Source: Piromyces finnis finn
Taxonomy: Eukaryota > Fungi > Neocallimastigomycota
DNA length: 64,000 bases
Direction: 5' to 3'
Assembly: GCA_002104945.1 (NCBI GenBank)
Contig: MCFH01000008.1
Location: 868,001-932,000, forward strand
A program made the translations under genes and the position numbers. The notes beneath the pieces were generated by a model. The model did no database searches. It saw only the letters and a program-made list of their open reading frames with translations, and was not told the DNA's origin. Position 1 is the first letter of the stretch. Each line of letters opens with the position of its first letter. Below, piece after piece: positions 1 to 14,483 of this stretch.

Positions 1-1745
1 ATTCACTAAATTGATCTATTTTTAGGTCATGATTAATTTTATATATTACATTTTCATGAACAAAATGTTTCCATTTATCGAAAACATTTCTGCTGACTTT
101 AGCTAAGTCAATAGAAGGATTACTTTCATCATTTTCCACAGTTACATCTATACACAAATCGTCTTCGGAAATATATTTATCATAAAGTCTTACAATATTA
201 ACTTCATTATTTTCAAGAATAACAGTACCTTTAATATGGTCTACGATATTTAATTGAGTAACATGAACAAAACGTGAGAGTGTTTTCATAGCGTTATAAG
301 TAATAGCCAATTGACCTTTATTTTTTTAAATATATTTACAATTATAAATTTATTAATAATTGATATTAATTCTTAAAAAAAAAAAAATTATATTTTACCT
401 GGCTTGGCCAAATCAAAAATTTTTTCTAACTTTGAAAGTGAATTTCCTTTTTAAATATTAAAAGAAAATCAAATAATTAGTAATTATTACAATAAACTAA
501 ATTTATTTATTTCTAGTATTTTACCTGTAATGGAATAATTCCACTTATCTGGCGGACCTCCCAAAAATAAATGATATAAAGTGCCAGAACCGATAGCAAA
601 TTTTAATAAAAAGGTTTCTTCAATAGGTTTATCATAGTCGGGAATTTTTATAGGATAATTATTTAATTCTCTTAGCATATCCAATGCACATTGGCATGCT
701 CTTAGTATACTATATGCTTTTACATTTTCAAAATCTTCTGGTGTATCGCATTCAAGTTCTTGTTGACTATCAATTGACCATATAATAATAATTTTATCTA
801 CTTTTGTAATAAATATAATATAATATTACATTGTCATTATTATTGTTAAGTTATTTTTTTATTATTTTAATATTTTTATTTACCTGAAAAACGAACTGTT
901 TTGTATTATAAATTTTTAGTTTATATTAGAAATATATTATTATATTAGTATTTTTATTTTGAAAGTAACTAGTAATCAAACAATATTAAACTACACTATT
1001 ATTTAATTAGAAATTATTTTATCGGAAATTTTTTAACAGCTAAGTTTTCTAGTTTAAACTATTCTAGACTATTTATATTACATTTAATTTATTTTTATAT
1101 ATATTTATTTGTAATTTTCTTATCATTTATTTAAACTTTTATTTAAATACTAATATTAATTTTGAAAAATTTTATATTCATTACAAATAAATATAAGAAT
1201 TGCTACTTTTCTTATTTAATTGCATATATTATTAATGAAATTTTTATTATAAAATATTTAAATTACCTATATCTCCATTGTACTTCTTTATTGTTTTACA
1301 TAACTCACTATAATAAGAATTTAGTGTTTTTGAAAATATTTCCCAATTATCTTTTTCGATGCTTTCTATTTCATTTTTGATATTATCATACCCTTTATTT
1401 TAGATTGATAAAAAAATAAAATGAAAAAATAGATATATTAGTTTATTATAATTTCCATTAATTATTTAATTTAAATTTAACGTAAAATTGTTGTTCATTT
1501 TTTAATAATTTATTTATATTTATCAATGGAAATATAATTAATATATTTTATTTAATTATTTTGTTTATAAATTATTAAAGGAATATATATTAACCTGAAA
1601 CCTGAACTGACATAACTACTCCATAACATTCTATAAAATTTGGAACAAGTGATTCTTCTTTAGCATAGTAAAGAAACTCACGTAAATTAACAGGCAGAAA
1701 TGGTAATACCGTATTAAGTTCTTCCCTCTGAACATAATCTCCCAT
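1..1745 (-). CDS. ADCY10: Soluble adenylyl cyclase (ADCY10/sAC)-like class III nucleotide cyclase; 5' part only, runs off the window start; multi-exon
   Basis: Manually spliced translation from ATG 1745: MGDYVQREELNTVLPFLPVNLREFLYYAKEESLVPNFIECYGVVMSVQVSG|YDNIKNEIESIEKDNWEIFSKTLNSYYSELCKTIKKYNGDI|VRFS|(V)DKIIIIWS...ACQCALDML...LKFAIGSGTLYHLFLGG...ITG|NSLSKLEKIFDLAKPG|QLAIT...WKHFVHENVIYKINHDLKIDQFSE. This is colinear with sAC C1 motifs (FDGVLMFVDISGFT; GGDILKFAGDALLALW; KIGLAAGHISMLVFG; YLSELRPVT). All introns are GT-AG. Confidence 0.8.
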
Positions 1746-3407
1746 TTTTTATTATTATTATTATTATTATACAATATTATAAAATAAATAAAAAAATATC
1801 TATATTATAAAAATAATTACAACTTATAATGTCTATTAAACAATGCTTTTTTTATGTAATATATAAATATAATTATATTTTAATCTTCAATTTATATATC
1901 ACAAGAATTCAAAAAAAAAAAAAAAAAAAAAGATAAATTTATGTAATAATATGTATATAAAGAAGAATATAATAAATAATAAATTATAATAAGAATAAAA
2001 AAAAAAAAAAAAGAAAAAAAAAAAGAAAGAAAAAAAAAAAGAAAAAAAAAAAAGGAAAAAAAAGCTTTTAATTTACAAAATTGCTTTTGTCAATTATTAT
2101 CTGTTTTTTTCCTTTTTTTTTCTTTTTCTTTGAATAAAAATGTTATTTGAAATACTTAAAAAAAAAAAAAATTAAAGATTAAAAATGAAATAAATATTAA
2201 AAATTTTCTTTTTCCTTGTGTATTATTAATATTGAATTTTTTTAAAATATATATATATTTCTTCTTTTCTCTTTTTTTTATTTATTTATTTCCTTTCTTT
2301 GTTTCTTCTACTTCCTCTGAAAATGTTAAATATTATTAATTCTTTTTATTTATTTGATATGATTGTCTTATTTGAAAACATATATATTAATAAAATGAAT
2401 ATTTATATTTATATTTCTTTCTTATTTTTCCTCTTTTTTTTTTTTCTTTTTTGTTTTCTTCTTCCTTTATATTTGTATAATTTTTCTTTTTCTTTTTTTT
2501 TTTTTTATTTTACTTAACTAATATAATTTATTCGATTATATTGATTTAAATATTTTAATTATTTTCATTTCATTCGCATGGTATTAATAAAATAGAATAT
2601 TTATAAAAAAAAAAAAAAGTGTATATATAATATGATACTATAATAACAACAAAATATATATATATATATATATAATTAATATATTATACTTCTTATTGTA
2701 TTTTATAAAAATTGTTTTTTTATAAATTTTATGGTATTTACTTTATGATATATTTGATTTATGTAATTTATAGATAATAAAAATTGTGAATAGATAAAAC
2801 AGGATTAAGTAATGATTATGTATAAAATAGTTTTCTTTTTGTATTTTTTATTATATGTAAATTAGGTTATATAAAAATCTTTCTCTATGTATTTCTTAAA
2901 ATCATAAATATTATTTATTTTTCCAAATGATTATTGTTATAATATGAATATATTAAAAATTATATAATTATTAATAACTTTTGATATATTTTCCTTAATT
3001 CTAATGATATATTAAAAGTCTTGTTTATTCAGTTAAGAATATATTTATTGAACAATATTGTATAACATTCACATTTAATTATATCTCATATTTGTAATAT
3101 TCATTATCATTCATCTATAATATATATAATTTTTATTTTCTTCCACTTTTTTTTTTTTTTTTTTAGTATTTTTTTTTTAATATTTTAAAAGGAGAAATAA
3201 CAGATTATTATTGTAAAAATATAATAAACTAATTGAAAATAATAATATTAGTAATAATGATAATATAATATTAATTATTATAATTTTATGAATATAAAAT
3301 ATATAATATGATTTATAATAATTATAAAAAAGTTTGTTTATGGAAATTTTTAAAATAAAAAGGTATAATAATTATATTAATATGATTAGAATTATTAATT
3401 CTAGTAA

Positions 3408-3440
<33 letters not shown>

Positions 3441-4700
3441 TCTTAATTTTAATCATTATTTTTTAAAGTATTTACCAAAATACTTAATGGAATATAATAA
3501 AGAAATGATAAAAATAAATTTTTAAATAATATTTAAACTTTTTTTTTTTACTAATAATAATTCATTATAAAAAAAAAATTTAAAGTATAAATATATAAAT
3601 AATTTACGAATAAAGAATTACTTGTTTATGATATAAATAAAATTATTTATAATACAAAGTTTAACATTTCATTTTAATTATGTATTATTAAAATATTTAG
3701 AATTTTATTATTAAAACTTTGTCTATTTTAATATTATTAATAAAAATCTAAATAAATAAAAATACTATTTTTTATTAATGGTTATATATCCAAAAAATGT
3801 TTTGTACATGTATTTATTATTAAATATAAAAAACTAAAAATAGGAAAAAATAATTTTAATTTTTTTTATTATTTATTTTATTTTTATAACGATTTAATTT
3901 TTACTTTTATTTTATTTTTATAATTAAAGTATCATTATTATATATATATTATTAATAAATTAGTTATTATACCTAAAATAAGCTGATATTTATTTCTATA
4001 TATTTCTTTTCTTCTTTTTACTATTAAACATATTTACATATAATAAATAAACTTTATCTTTAATTTTTTTTTTTAAAAAAGATTGTACTAATCCTTCCTT
4101 TATACTAATAACAATATATCTTTTAAGAAACAATTTTTTAAAGATTATAATTTAAAAAAAAATAGTTAATGTATTTTAAATAATTCATCATAGTAATCTG
4201 TAATTCATTAATTCATTAATAAAACAATTAAAAATAATTAAAAGAAAAAAATAAAAAAAATTAATGTTAATAATAATGTATAGTTATTAGAAAAAGGTTT
4301 ATTTTTAAATAATAATATTTTTATTATTTTCTTAATAAAAAAAAAAAAAAAACGATTTATTTCTCCAACATAAAAATAAAATTAGTTGAAATAAATTAAT
4401 TTTTTAATATAAATTTGTATAGAATAAAACATGTTTTTTTTTAATACTTTATAATAATCTATTTTATTTTATTTATTAAATTGTTTTAATGTAAAAATTT
4501 GAAGTTTTGTGTAATGTTTTAAATTTCATTTTATATATTGATTAAAAATGAATAATTTAGTTTGATTGGTTGAAAATTCAAATTTTAAATATTTTGCTTT
4601 TTTCTTTAAAGCAAAAAAAACATTTTGTTCTTATTAAAAGGATTTATTAATTATAATTTATTTAAAGATTATTTAAATTAATAATAAACTTATTTTAAAA

Positions 4701-5866
4701 ATGCCAAATAAAAAGAGAAATAGAAATAATGCAATCTCAGGTCAAAGGATAGATGATGATTTAAATGTTAATTTATCAAAAAATGCAATGAGAAGAAATA
4801 AAAGGAAAAATAAGAAAATCGAAAATGACACCCCAAGAGAATTTTTAAGAATTTTAAAATATAAAGAAATATTAGAAAATAAAAAGAAAGGTAATTAAAC
4901 CTAAAAATTTAATAATAAGAATATACATATAAATTATTATTATTATTATTATTATAAAATATAATAATATATTTTTTTCTTTTAAATAAAATAATATAAA
5001 AAAAAAACTTACTAAATTTTTATATTTTATTTTTTAAAAAGCAAAACAAAATAAAAACAAAGAAAATCCCAAAAAAAATACAGAAAATGAATTAAAAATA
5101 CAAAAAGGGGAATCTTTAAGTGCTTTCTCAAAGTAAACATAAACTTTTATTATGTTCTATAATTACTATTATTTTTATAATATATATTAAAATAGAATTT
5201 ATAATGTAGACGTGTTGAAGATGAATGTAGAATATCAATACTAAAGGCTCAAACAGTAGATACTAAGAAGAAGCAAAAAAGAAAAAAGTAATATATATTA
5301 TAGTTCATATATATTTAAAAAAAAAAATTCATTTATTAATTTTTAAACATTTTATAAATTTATTTAAAGTTACTTAATTAATAAGAAATTAAAGAAAATG
5401 AATAAATTAAAAAAAGATGAAGGATTATCTTTTGAGGATTTAAAGGACAATGTAAAATTTGGTGAACAAGCATATGAACCTCCAACAATTAATGTTGTAC
5501 CAAAAAAGAGAAAATCAAATGTAAGTTTATATATTTAATATATTTTAATGTATAACAAGAAAATCAATATTAATAAAATAAAATAAAAAAAAAAACTATT
5601 ATTTTTATTATTAATAGAATAACAATAGTTCAAATGAAAATAATACTAAAACAATTGATAATAATGAGAAGGATAATAATGAAAACAAAAAATTATCAAA
5701 ACCTAAATTGAAAACACTTTCATTAATTGAAAGAAAACACATTATTGACGAAAGAGAAAAGGTCATAGCAAATTACAGAAAAATTAAACAAAGAAAACTA
5801 CAACAATATAATCCATTTGAAGCTGAAAAGGATGAATTTGAATATGATCCAAATGATTTTTTATAA
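4701..5866 (+). CDS. CCDC137-like basic coiled-coil (nucleolar) protein; about 5 exons
   Basis: DTPREFLRILKYK, KGESLSAFSRRVEDEC, DNVKFGEQAYEPPTINVVPKKRK and IIDEREKVIANYRKIKQRK resemble the CCDC137 blocks GESDGAYIHRM, DTVKFGEVVLQPPEL and EEERERAVQAYRALKQR. Stop TAA ends at 5866. Confidence 0.65.
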
Positions 5867-6497
5867 TAAACTAATATTTTAAATACGTATAATAAACATA
5901 TAATATTTTATAATATCTTATTTATATTGGAAAGTTGAAAAAGCATAAAACTTAGCTCTAGACATTATCGTGATATTTAAATATTTTTATTCTATTTTAT
6001 ATAATATATTAAATATTGTAAATAAATCAAGTTTTATTAATAACAATTAAATAAAGACTCAACATATTTTAACATACCTATAATACAGATAAATATTTTA
6101 AGAGAGATTAATGAAATAAAAAAAAATAAAATAAAATAATATTGATAAAAATTCTTTTTATTTAATTTATATAAAAAGAATTATTTTTTTTTTTTTAAAT
6201 ATTTTGTTTTTCTTTCTTTTTTTTATATTAAAATTTCAATTCTATTATAATTTTTAAAGTTTAAAAAAATCAATTAAATTTTTATTTTATTAAATTTAAT
6301 TAAACTTTTTTTTAATTTCTTTTTATTTTTTTTTCTCAAAATTTTTATTATGCATTTATGTTTAAATTCACTTATTTAAAAATAACATAAGTATTATATC
6401 AATTTTTCTAATTAAAATAATGGTTTTAAAAACCATAGTAGTTATAAAGAAATAATATCATATTGTATATAAATATTTAAAAATATAACAAAAAAAT

Positions 6498-8031
6498 ATG
6501 GATGAAACTGAATTAATTGAGTATCTAAATAATGAAGATTTTTCAAAAAAAAAAAAGGCTGTAAAATTTATAAAAGATATTTTTAATTATGAAAGAACAA
6601 AGGATGATAATGATAACATCAATTTGATAAATAGTATAAAAAATATTTTTAATGAACTAATTCACTACTTAAATAATAATAATAATAATAATATTGATAC
6701 TATTATTATTATTTTGGATTTATTTTCAGATACAATACCAATTTTATTTGAAAAGTATAGTGAAATTTCATTAGACATAACTATGAATATAATAATGCCA
6801 TCATTAGTTAAATTATGGAAAATAACAAATAATATTATTCATGAAAAACTTCAAAATTGTATTTTTATTTGTAAAAAAAATGTAAATAACTGTAAATATT
6901 TTTACTCCCAATTATTAAAATATGGTGCTATTAACGAAGATTGGAAAATAAGATACAAATGTATTGAATATTTAACTATTTTAATCAATAGTGATAATAT
7001 TAATGAAAATCCAGAGTTTCCACTACAACCTATAATACGTGTATTAATTAATCGTTTAAATGATATATCAGAAATTGTAGTTAATTCAGCTGAGTTTACA
7101 TTAAATAGAATAATAAATTTAATAGGTGAAAAAGAATTCCTAGACATTATAGGTTTTTTACCATCTAATCAGATACAATTATTTAAAAAACATGAAAATC
7201 AATGTTTAAAAAAAGAAAGAAGTATGGCATTAAGTGCGCCAACATCCGAAGGGAAAAATATTTCTAAAACTATACCATTGTTAAAACTAAGAAAAAAAGA
7301 TTTAGAAATAAAAAATAATGATAATATTGAACTACTTTATGATGAAAAAGAAGAAACTAACTCATATGAAGAAAATAATATATATGATAACCCAATGAAT
7401 TATTTTCTTGATATAAATAAATACGCTATTAATAATGATTATGATAATAATGATAATAATGATATTACTAATAACTACGCTATTAATAATGATTATGATA
7501 ATAGCAAAAATGTTATTAATAAAGATATTAATAATACTGAAAATGATGATAATGCTACTAATAGTAACAACGAGGACGACAGAATTAATGATACTATTAA
7601 TGTTGAAAATGATATTGATAATTATTATGTTAATAATAATAATGAAAAAGATGACAATAACCTTAAATTATTAGAAATAAACGAAAGTGATGAAGTTATT
7701 AAAAATAAAAAAATTAAAAGTGATGTAATAAATTCATTAAATAATAAAAATATAAATAATACTGATAATCAATTTGATAAATGTGATGAAAATAATATAT
7801 CTAGTAGTAATAAAGAAAATTCCAATATTATTTGGGATAATGAATTAAATTTATCAAATAAAAATAATAATGATAATAAGGATAATAATAATGAATACAA
7901 TAATTTTAATCAAGTTATTGATAATAATAATATTGTTATTAATAACATTACAAAGAATGAAGATAATAATAATGAGAGTGAAAGAGAAAATATGGATAAA
8001 AACAAAAGTATTTATATAGAAAATAATGGCT

Positions 8032-8092
<61 letters not shown>

Positions 8093-11000
8093 CCTAGAAA
8101 CATTGGGGAAAAAAAATGATATTGTAGATCCAAAAAAGTTAAATGATGTTATTAATAAATTAAATAATAATAACATATTCAAAAGTATTGATATTAATAA
8201 TACTGATGCTTCATGTAAGTTAGTTACTATTATTATATATATTATATAAATTATATATGTTTATTTTTTTATAATGAAATATTACTAAAATATTCAATAA
8301 TCAATAATTTATAAATGTATATTTATATAGCTGAAGTTAGAAATATAGATTTATATAATAACTTTGATAGTGCAAATACATTATTTGATTCTAATAAAAA
8401 TCAATTATTTGACGATGATAATTTAAATTATAATATAAATAAACCAAACTTTAATAATATAAGTTTTAATAAAAATAATGTTGACGACAATAATAGAATA
8501 GAAGGAACTATAAATTCGAATACTTATTTAATTCCAAATGAAATTATCGAACAACTAGATATTAAAAATAATTGGAAAATGAGAACACAAGCAATAGATG
8601 ATCTGAAAAAATATATTTCGAATATTTTAGATCCTTCTGTTATAATTAATAATATTCAATATTATTTTAATTTCTTATACAATTTGCTAAATGATATTAA
8701 TTTTAAAATTTCTTTAAATTCTTTAATGATTATAAAACAATTAATATTAAAATCAGGTTTATACATTCAAACTTACTTAAATAGTTTAATTCCTGTATTA
8801 ATTCAAAAATTAAATGACAAAAAACAAATTATTCAACAAAATATAACGGAAATATTTTTAGTGATATCTTCAATCACTTCATCTTCAATAGTAATTAAAT
8901 ATCTTTTGAACGATTTTGGTCAAAATAATATTAATATTCAAGGTCAAATTGTAAAATTAATATTCCATATATTAAATAATAATCCTTATAACGATTATGA
9001 TTTTAATGAAATAATAACAAATTTAATACCACTATTAGAATACAATGATGAAAAATTGATTATTTCAACTTACGAAGTATTAAATAAAGTTGCCAGTTTA
9101 TCATCAACATATTCTAAAAAAATTTCTAACATCCTTAATAACAAAAGTTTTGATAATAATTATTATTCAAATAATGATTTTAATTTAAATAGTAATAGTA
9201 TTAATAATGACAATTTTAATTTGAATAATAATTATGATGGAATAATAGCAAATAATAATCAAGTAATAAATTCTGAAAAAAGTAATATTAATTTAGAAAA
9301 TTATTATAATAAACCATTTTCAATCAATGAATTATCAATGAAATCAAATTTTGATCAATCCGCTAAGATGTACAAACTCAATAATAATGGTTCTCAATAT
9401 CCTCTAAGGTAATATATAGTATATAATTTTAAAATTTGTTAAAATAAATATTAAACAATCATAATATTTAATGTAGAAACTAATTATAATGTTTAATAAT
9501 TCATTAGTCTCAATGAAAAAAGTTTATTAAATTCAGTAAGTAATATTGGTTCATCAAGAAATTCAATTATAACTCAATTTTCAAATAAAACTCTTGTTAG
9601 AAAACTTCCATGGGATAATAAAGTTTATGATTATAATTTAAACAAAAGTGATAGCAATAACTGTAGTCAAATTATATATAATAATAATGTTAATAATAAT
9701 TTAAATAAAAACTATCCAAATTACAGTACTGATAGTAATATAAATTATAATACAAATATGAATACCAATAAAATGAATTACAATAATTATACTTTACCAA
9801 ATATTAATAGTATTTATAATAATAATGAAATGAACATGTTTTTGAATTTTAATGTTAGTAATAAGAATAGTGTAGATTATAATGGTGAAGATATGTCCTA
9901 TAAAGTAGGTTCAATTAATAATACAAATATTGACTCCTCATTATATTCTGTACAAGGTATTATTGTATATAATCTGTAATTTATTTTATATTATTTATTA
10001 ATTTATTTTTATAATGTATATAGATAATAATCAATGGAATAAAACATATACAAATCAATTATCACCAATATTTCCGAATAATAATATTAATAAAAATAAA
10101 AATGTAGATATAAATTCAAATGTTGATAGTTTATCAACATATAATTCATATTATTCTGAAAATAATAATAATAATAAAAGTAAATCCATAAATACAAAAG
10201 AAATTCAAAATGAAAGTAACAATCCAAATTATAATGAAGAAAATGAAAATAATATAAATGAAAATACATCAAAAGGTAATAGCAATTATTATTATAACAA
10301 TGATAATAATAATTCATTATTAAATAAAATTTCTGAAAGTTCGAAGAATCGTACTAAAAAAATGTCAAGAAAAAATAGTGTATATTCAACGAATTCTTAT
10401 ATTAATAATGATATTGACAGTAATAATGATTACAATAATAATGATTATAACAATAATGATGATAATAAAGTATATGAAAATTTAATATCAAGCCCAGAAA
10501 TCTTTAATAATTATTTTGAAGTTTTAAAAAATAATGAAAGTCACTGGGAAGATAAAAGTGATGCAATTGAACAAATGACACATTTATTAAATAACAATAA
10601 AAAAATTTTTTTAACAAATTTAAACGAACTCTGTATAGTATTAATTGAATGTATATCCAGTTTAAGAACATCATTTTCAAAAGCATCAGTAATTTTTTGT
10701 GAAAAACTTTTTATAAATCTAGGGACATCAATGGATTCAAAAGTAGATATCATTGGAGGAGCCTTAATAAAAAAAATTGGAGAAGGCAATAATTTTATTA
10801 CTGAAATTATTGAGAAAGCCTTAAATGCAATGTGTAGTTATTGTTCATGGAACAGAACATTAGTAACTTTAATAAATAGTTCAAGTCAAAAATCCTCTAA
10901 TATTCGTCTCTCAATAGCAAATCATATGGATAATGTTATCAATGATTTATATGAACAAAATAAGCAAACAATACTTTTAAAACAAACAGATATAATAGAA

Positions 11001-12586
11001 CGATTATTAATAACTTTAATTAATTTATCATCAGATAAAATTTCTCTTACTAGAAAGAAAGCAAAACATAGTATATATATATTATTTAAACCGATTATAG
11101 ATAATGTTTTTATAAGTAAAACAAAAAATAAAACCAGCTTCTCTAACCCAGAAGAAATATTAGAAAAAGAAATTGATAAAATTCTGAAAAAAAATCTTAG
11201 TGCTGAAAATAAGAAAAAATTAACAAGTATTGTTGTAGAATTCCAAAGTAAATCATTAAATTCATTTATGGTGCAACAACAAAAGATTAATATAATATCA
11301 TCTGAATCAAATTCACCAATTAAGGAATTAGATACTACCGAAACACCTACCACAAATAAGAAAACAGTAAGTTATTTATGATAAATATGCGATACTTTAA
11401 GTATTTCTACTAAATTCTTTTTTTTTATCATCTTATTATAAATAATGTTCAATAATATTAGAAAAAGAAGTTAAAAGGTATATAAAATTAAATATATTGT
11501 AAAAACAAACAGTAATTTATTAAATGTAATATCAAATTAAAATATAATATTTATAATATCTATTTATTTATATTATTAAAATATTGATAGCTATAAAATC
11601 TAAAAGAGATAGTATAAAAGAAAGTGATATAGTGGATAAACTAAAAATTGTTTACGAAAATATCGAATCAAAAGGTAACATTTATTATAATATAATATTA
11701 TTATATATGAACAATCACAAATTTATATATGTTATAGTATTATTATTAAAATAATTAAATATATATGATATTTTAAGATTGGAAAGAAAGAAATAGTTCA
11801 ATTGATGACTTAACAGAAATAGTAATTCAAAATCCTAAAATCTTTAAGAATCAAAAATTATTATTCCCGTTATTTGATAAAATAGCAGAAAGAGGGAAAG
11901 ACACTAACACAAAAATTTCTATACATATAACAAAATCTTTAATAAAAATTATTGAAGTTTTAAAGGTATATATCATATTAATCCATAATTAGTAATAATT
12001 ATATATTATCTTATCATAATCTCAATGCTAAAAATAATTATTATTGAATTTTAACTAAAGGCTACTGTTGATCCTGTTTTAATAAATTTTGTTTCAATAT
12101 ACTTAAATAATTTATCTAGTACTAATAAATTATTACAAGTTGAAACATTAAAATTAATTAATATATTAATTGATCCTAAATATGAAATTGACCAAACTAG
12201 ATTACTTAAAATATTTTCCTATGGAATTCTTCATATACCCAACATAAAAATTAAAGAATTACTTTTAGAAAAAATGATTGGTAACTTTTAAAAACTTATT
12301 TATACTAAAAGATAATAAATACATTATCATATTAATCATATCTATTTTTAATATTAAAATAGCAATATCATCAAATTTATTTCAAACAAAACCTTCTATT
12401 ATTTGTAAGCATCTAATTCCAACTGTTATTGAATTATTAAAAATTAAAAAGAATGGAATAAAACATAGCCTAACTAAATTATTAAGACATTTATCAGATA
12501 TATATGGAAAACAAGAATTTGAAAATATAATATCATCACAATATATTGATAATTATAATGAAATATGTACATTAATTGAAAGTTAG
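6498..12586 (+). CDS. TOGARAM1: TOG-array ciliary microtubule regulator (TOGARAM1/crescerin/CHE-12/FAM179 family); four TOG/HEAT blocks separated by Asn-rich linkers
   Basis: HEAT/TOG blocks: NEDWKIRYKCIEYL...LINRLNDISEIVVNSAEFTL; NNWKMRTQAIDDLKK...LLNDINFKISLNSLMII...LIQKLNDKKQII; SHWEDKSDAIEQM...ISSLRTSFSKASVIFCEKLF...LIKKIGEGNNFITEIIEKAL; DWKERNSSIDDL...FDKIAERGKDTNTKI. Joins ORFs 6498, 8315, 9758, 10014 and 12278 through GT-AG introns, including a 16-nt exon at 11462-11477. Confidence 0.8.
8033..8089 (+). repeat. Coding (AAT)n tract giving poly-Asn in a TOGARAM1 linker
   Basis: In frame in ORF 6498-8249 (GFNNNN...NDLE). Confidence 0.9.
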
Positions 12587-13018
12587 ATAATAATATTATT
12601 TATAGATTTTTAAATATTATTATTATACCCAATTCTTATACCCAACCAATTATAAAATAAAAATAATAAACATTAAGAAAGAAAATATAATAATCTTTTT
12701 ATTTTGCTTATTTTATTTTAATTTATTTTAATCTATTTTAATTTATTTTTACTTTTTATTTTTTTTTTTTTTTTATTAATTATTATTATTTTTTTTATTC
12801 AGTTTTCCCTTTATTTTATTTTGTATTGTATTTTTTTTTTTTCTAAAAAAAAAACTCTATATATATAATATTTGATTAAATTGTTTATTAATATTTTTGT
12901 TGTTTAATATTAATTTAAGATATAATTATTAAGAATACTTTAAATCATAAATTTACATTTATATTTAAATATCTATAATATTAAAAATAAACAAAATCTT
13001 AATTATTAATATCTATTT

Positions 13019-14483
13019 TTATACAGCGTTCGATTCAAAATTAGAAGCATTTATAAATCCATATATAGTTGATTTAACTTCCTGTAATGTAATTCTTTTA
13101 CTAATATCAATTTCAAGACATTTCTTGATTAACTGATTAAAATTCGGATCGTAAGTTGAATCATCCGGTATTACAACCTGACTAAGAGTTGAAGTATGAG
13201 TTCCATTATATGGAATTTCACCATATGCCATTGCAAACATAGTACAACCAAGTGACCTTTTCAAAAGTTAATATATTATTAAAAAGATAAAACAAAAAAT
13301 AAATAAGTTAATTCTATTTTATTTACCAAATGTCAGTTCTTTCATCGATTCTCATGTCTACCAATGGCTCGAAAAATTCTGGTGGTCTATAAGTTGATGT
13401 TACAGTCTCTGATACAAAATCTTTTAAAACTAAAGCACTCTGTCTAGTTGATAATGTTACTATTTCAATTATTAATTTAAAAATTAAAATATACATAATA
13501 AATAGACTTTTCTATTATAAATTGGCTTAATATACTATTTAAATAATATATAATGTGTAATTAAGTTTTACATCTTGCTGGTGAAACAGAACCTAAATCC
13601 ATTAATATTGCGTGCTTCTCATTATCTAGAGCTACATTTTGAGGCTATAATTTATTTATCAATTAATTTCTAATATGATGTATAAATAATGTTATTAAAA
13701 ATAAAATACCTTTAAATCTCTATAAGCAAGGCATGGTTCTTGTCTAAAAATATATTAATTAAATTAATATATAATACAATTTTAAATACTGACTAATATT
13801 ATTAACTTATTAATATTTTTATAAATATTTACTTATGAAATTCTTCTAAACCATCACAAATATCAATTAAAATTTGTAATATTAAATCAAAAGATAAACC
13901 TTTTCTTGTTCTTTTAAAAGTTACATTTATTAAATCTTGAAGAGAACCATTTTGACAGTATGGAAGTAATAGCATTCCTTCTGAAGTTCCATCCTTCTTT
14001 TTTACAATTGCATAATCAATTAATTTTAGAATTCTGTTACTGCCTTCAACAGATTTATGAGCATTAATTTCATTTCTTACACGTTCTTCTTGTTCTGGAA
14101 GTTGAATACTAATATTTAATTTTATATTTCCATATTTCATATAGATGTTTAATAAATGTTTGTAATTAATAATATATATTTAAATTCTTATTGCTATTTT
14201 TCATATTTAATTATTTATATTATTCTATAATTATAAGATAATGGGTTTTATCTTACGGAATTCTTTTTAAGGCATATAAAGGAGAATTTGGTGAATCAGA
14301 CTTTCTAACTAAATAAACATATGCAAAACCACCTTCACCAATTTCTCTTAAAACAGTATATTCGGTTTCATTTAAAGTAATTTTTGGATATCCACCTAAC
14401 CGTGAAGTTATAAATACCTTAATACTTGCTACAATCCATGCTAGAGTATTTATTAGATAATTTATAAAATAACTTAAATCCAT
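13019..14483 (-). CDS. STK16: Ser/Thr kinase of the NAK family, STK16/MPSK1/Env7 type; about 7 exons
   Basis: IGEGGFAYVYLV (Gly loop), YALKRI (VAIK Lys), EINAHKSV (alphaC), LAYRDLKPQNV (catalytic loop), AILMDLGSV (the DLG variant typical of STK16), TYRPPEFFEP, IDERTDIWSLGCTMFAMAYGEIPY. Confidence 0.9.

Noticed and set aside
1162-3525. Short + strand ORFs 1162-1380, 2299-2517 and 3334-3525
   Set aside because: Low-complexity F/L/I/N-rich translations of AT-rich DNA, or antisense to a real ADCY10-like exon; no recognisable motifs.
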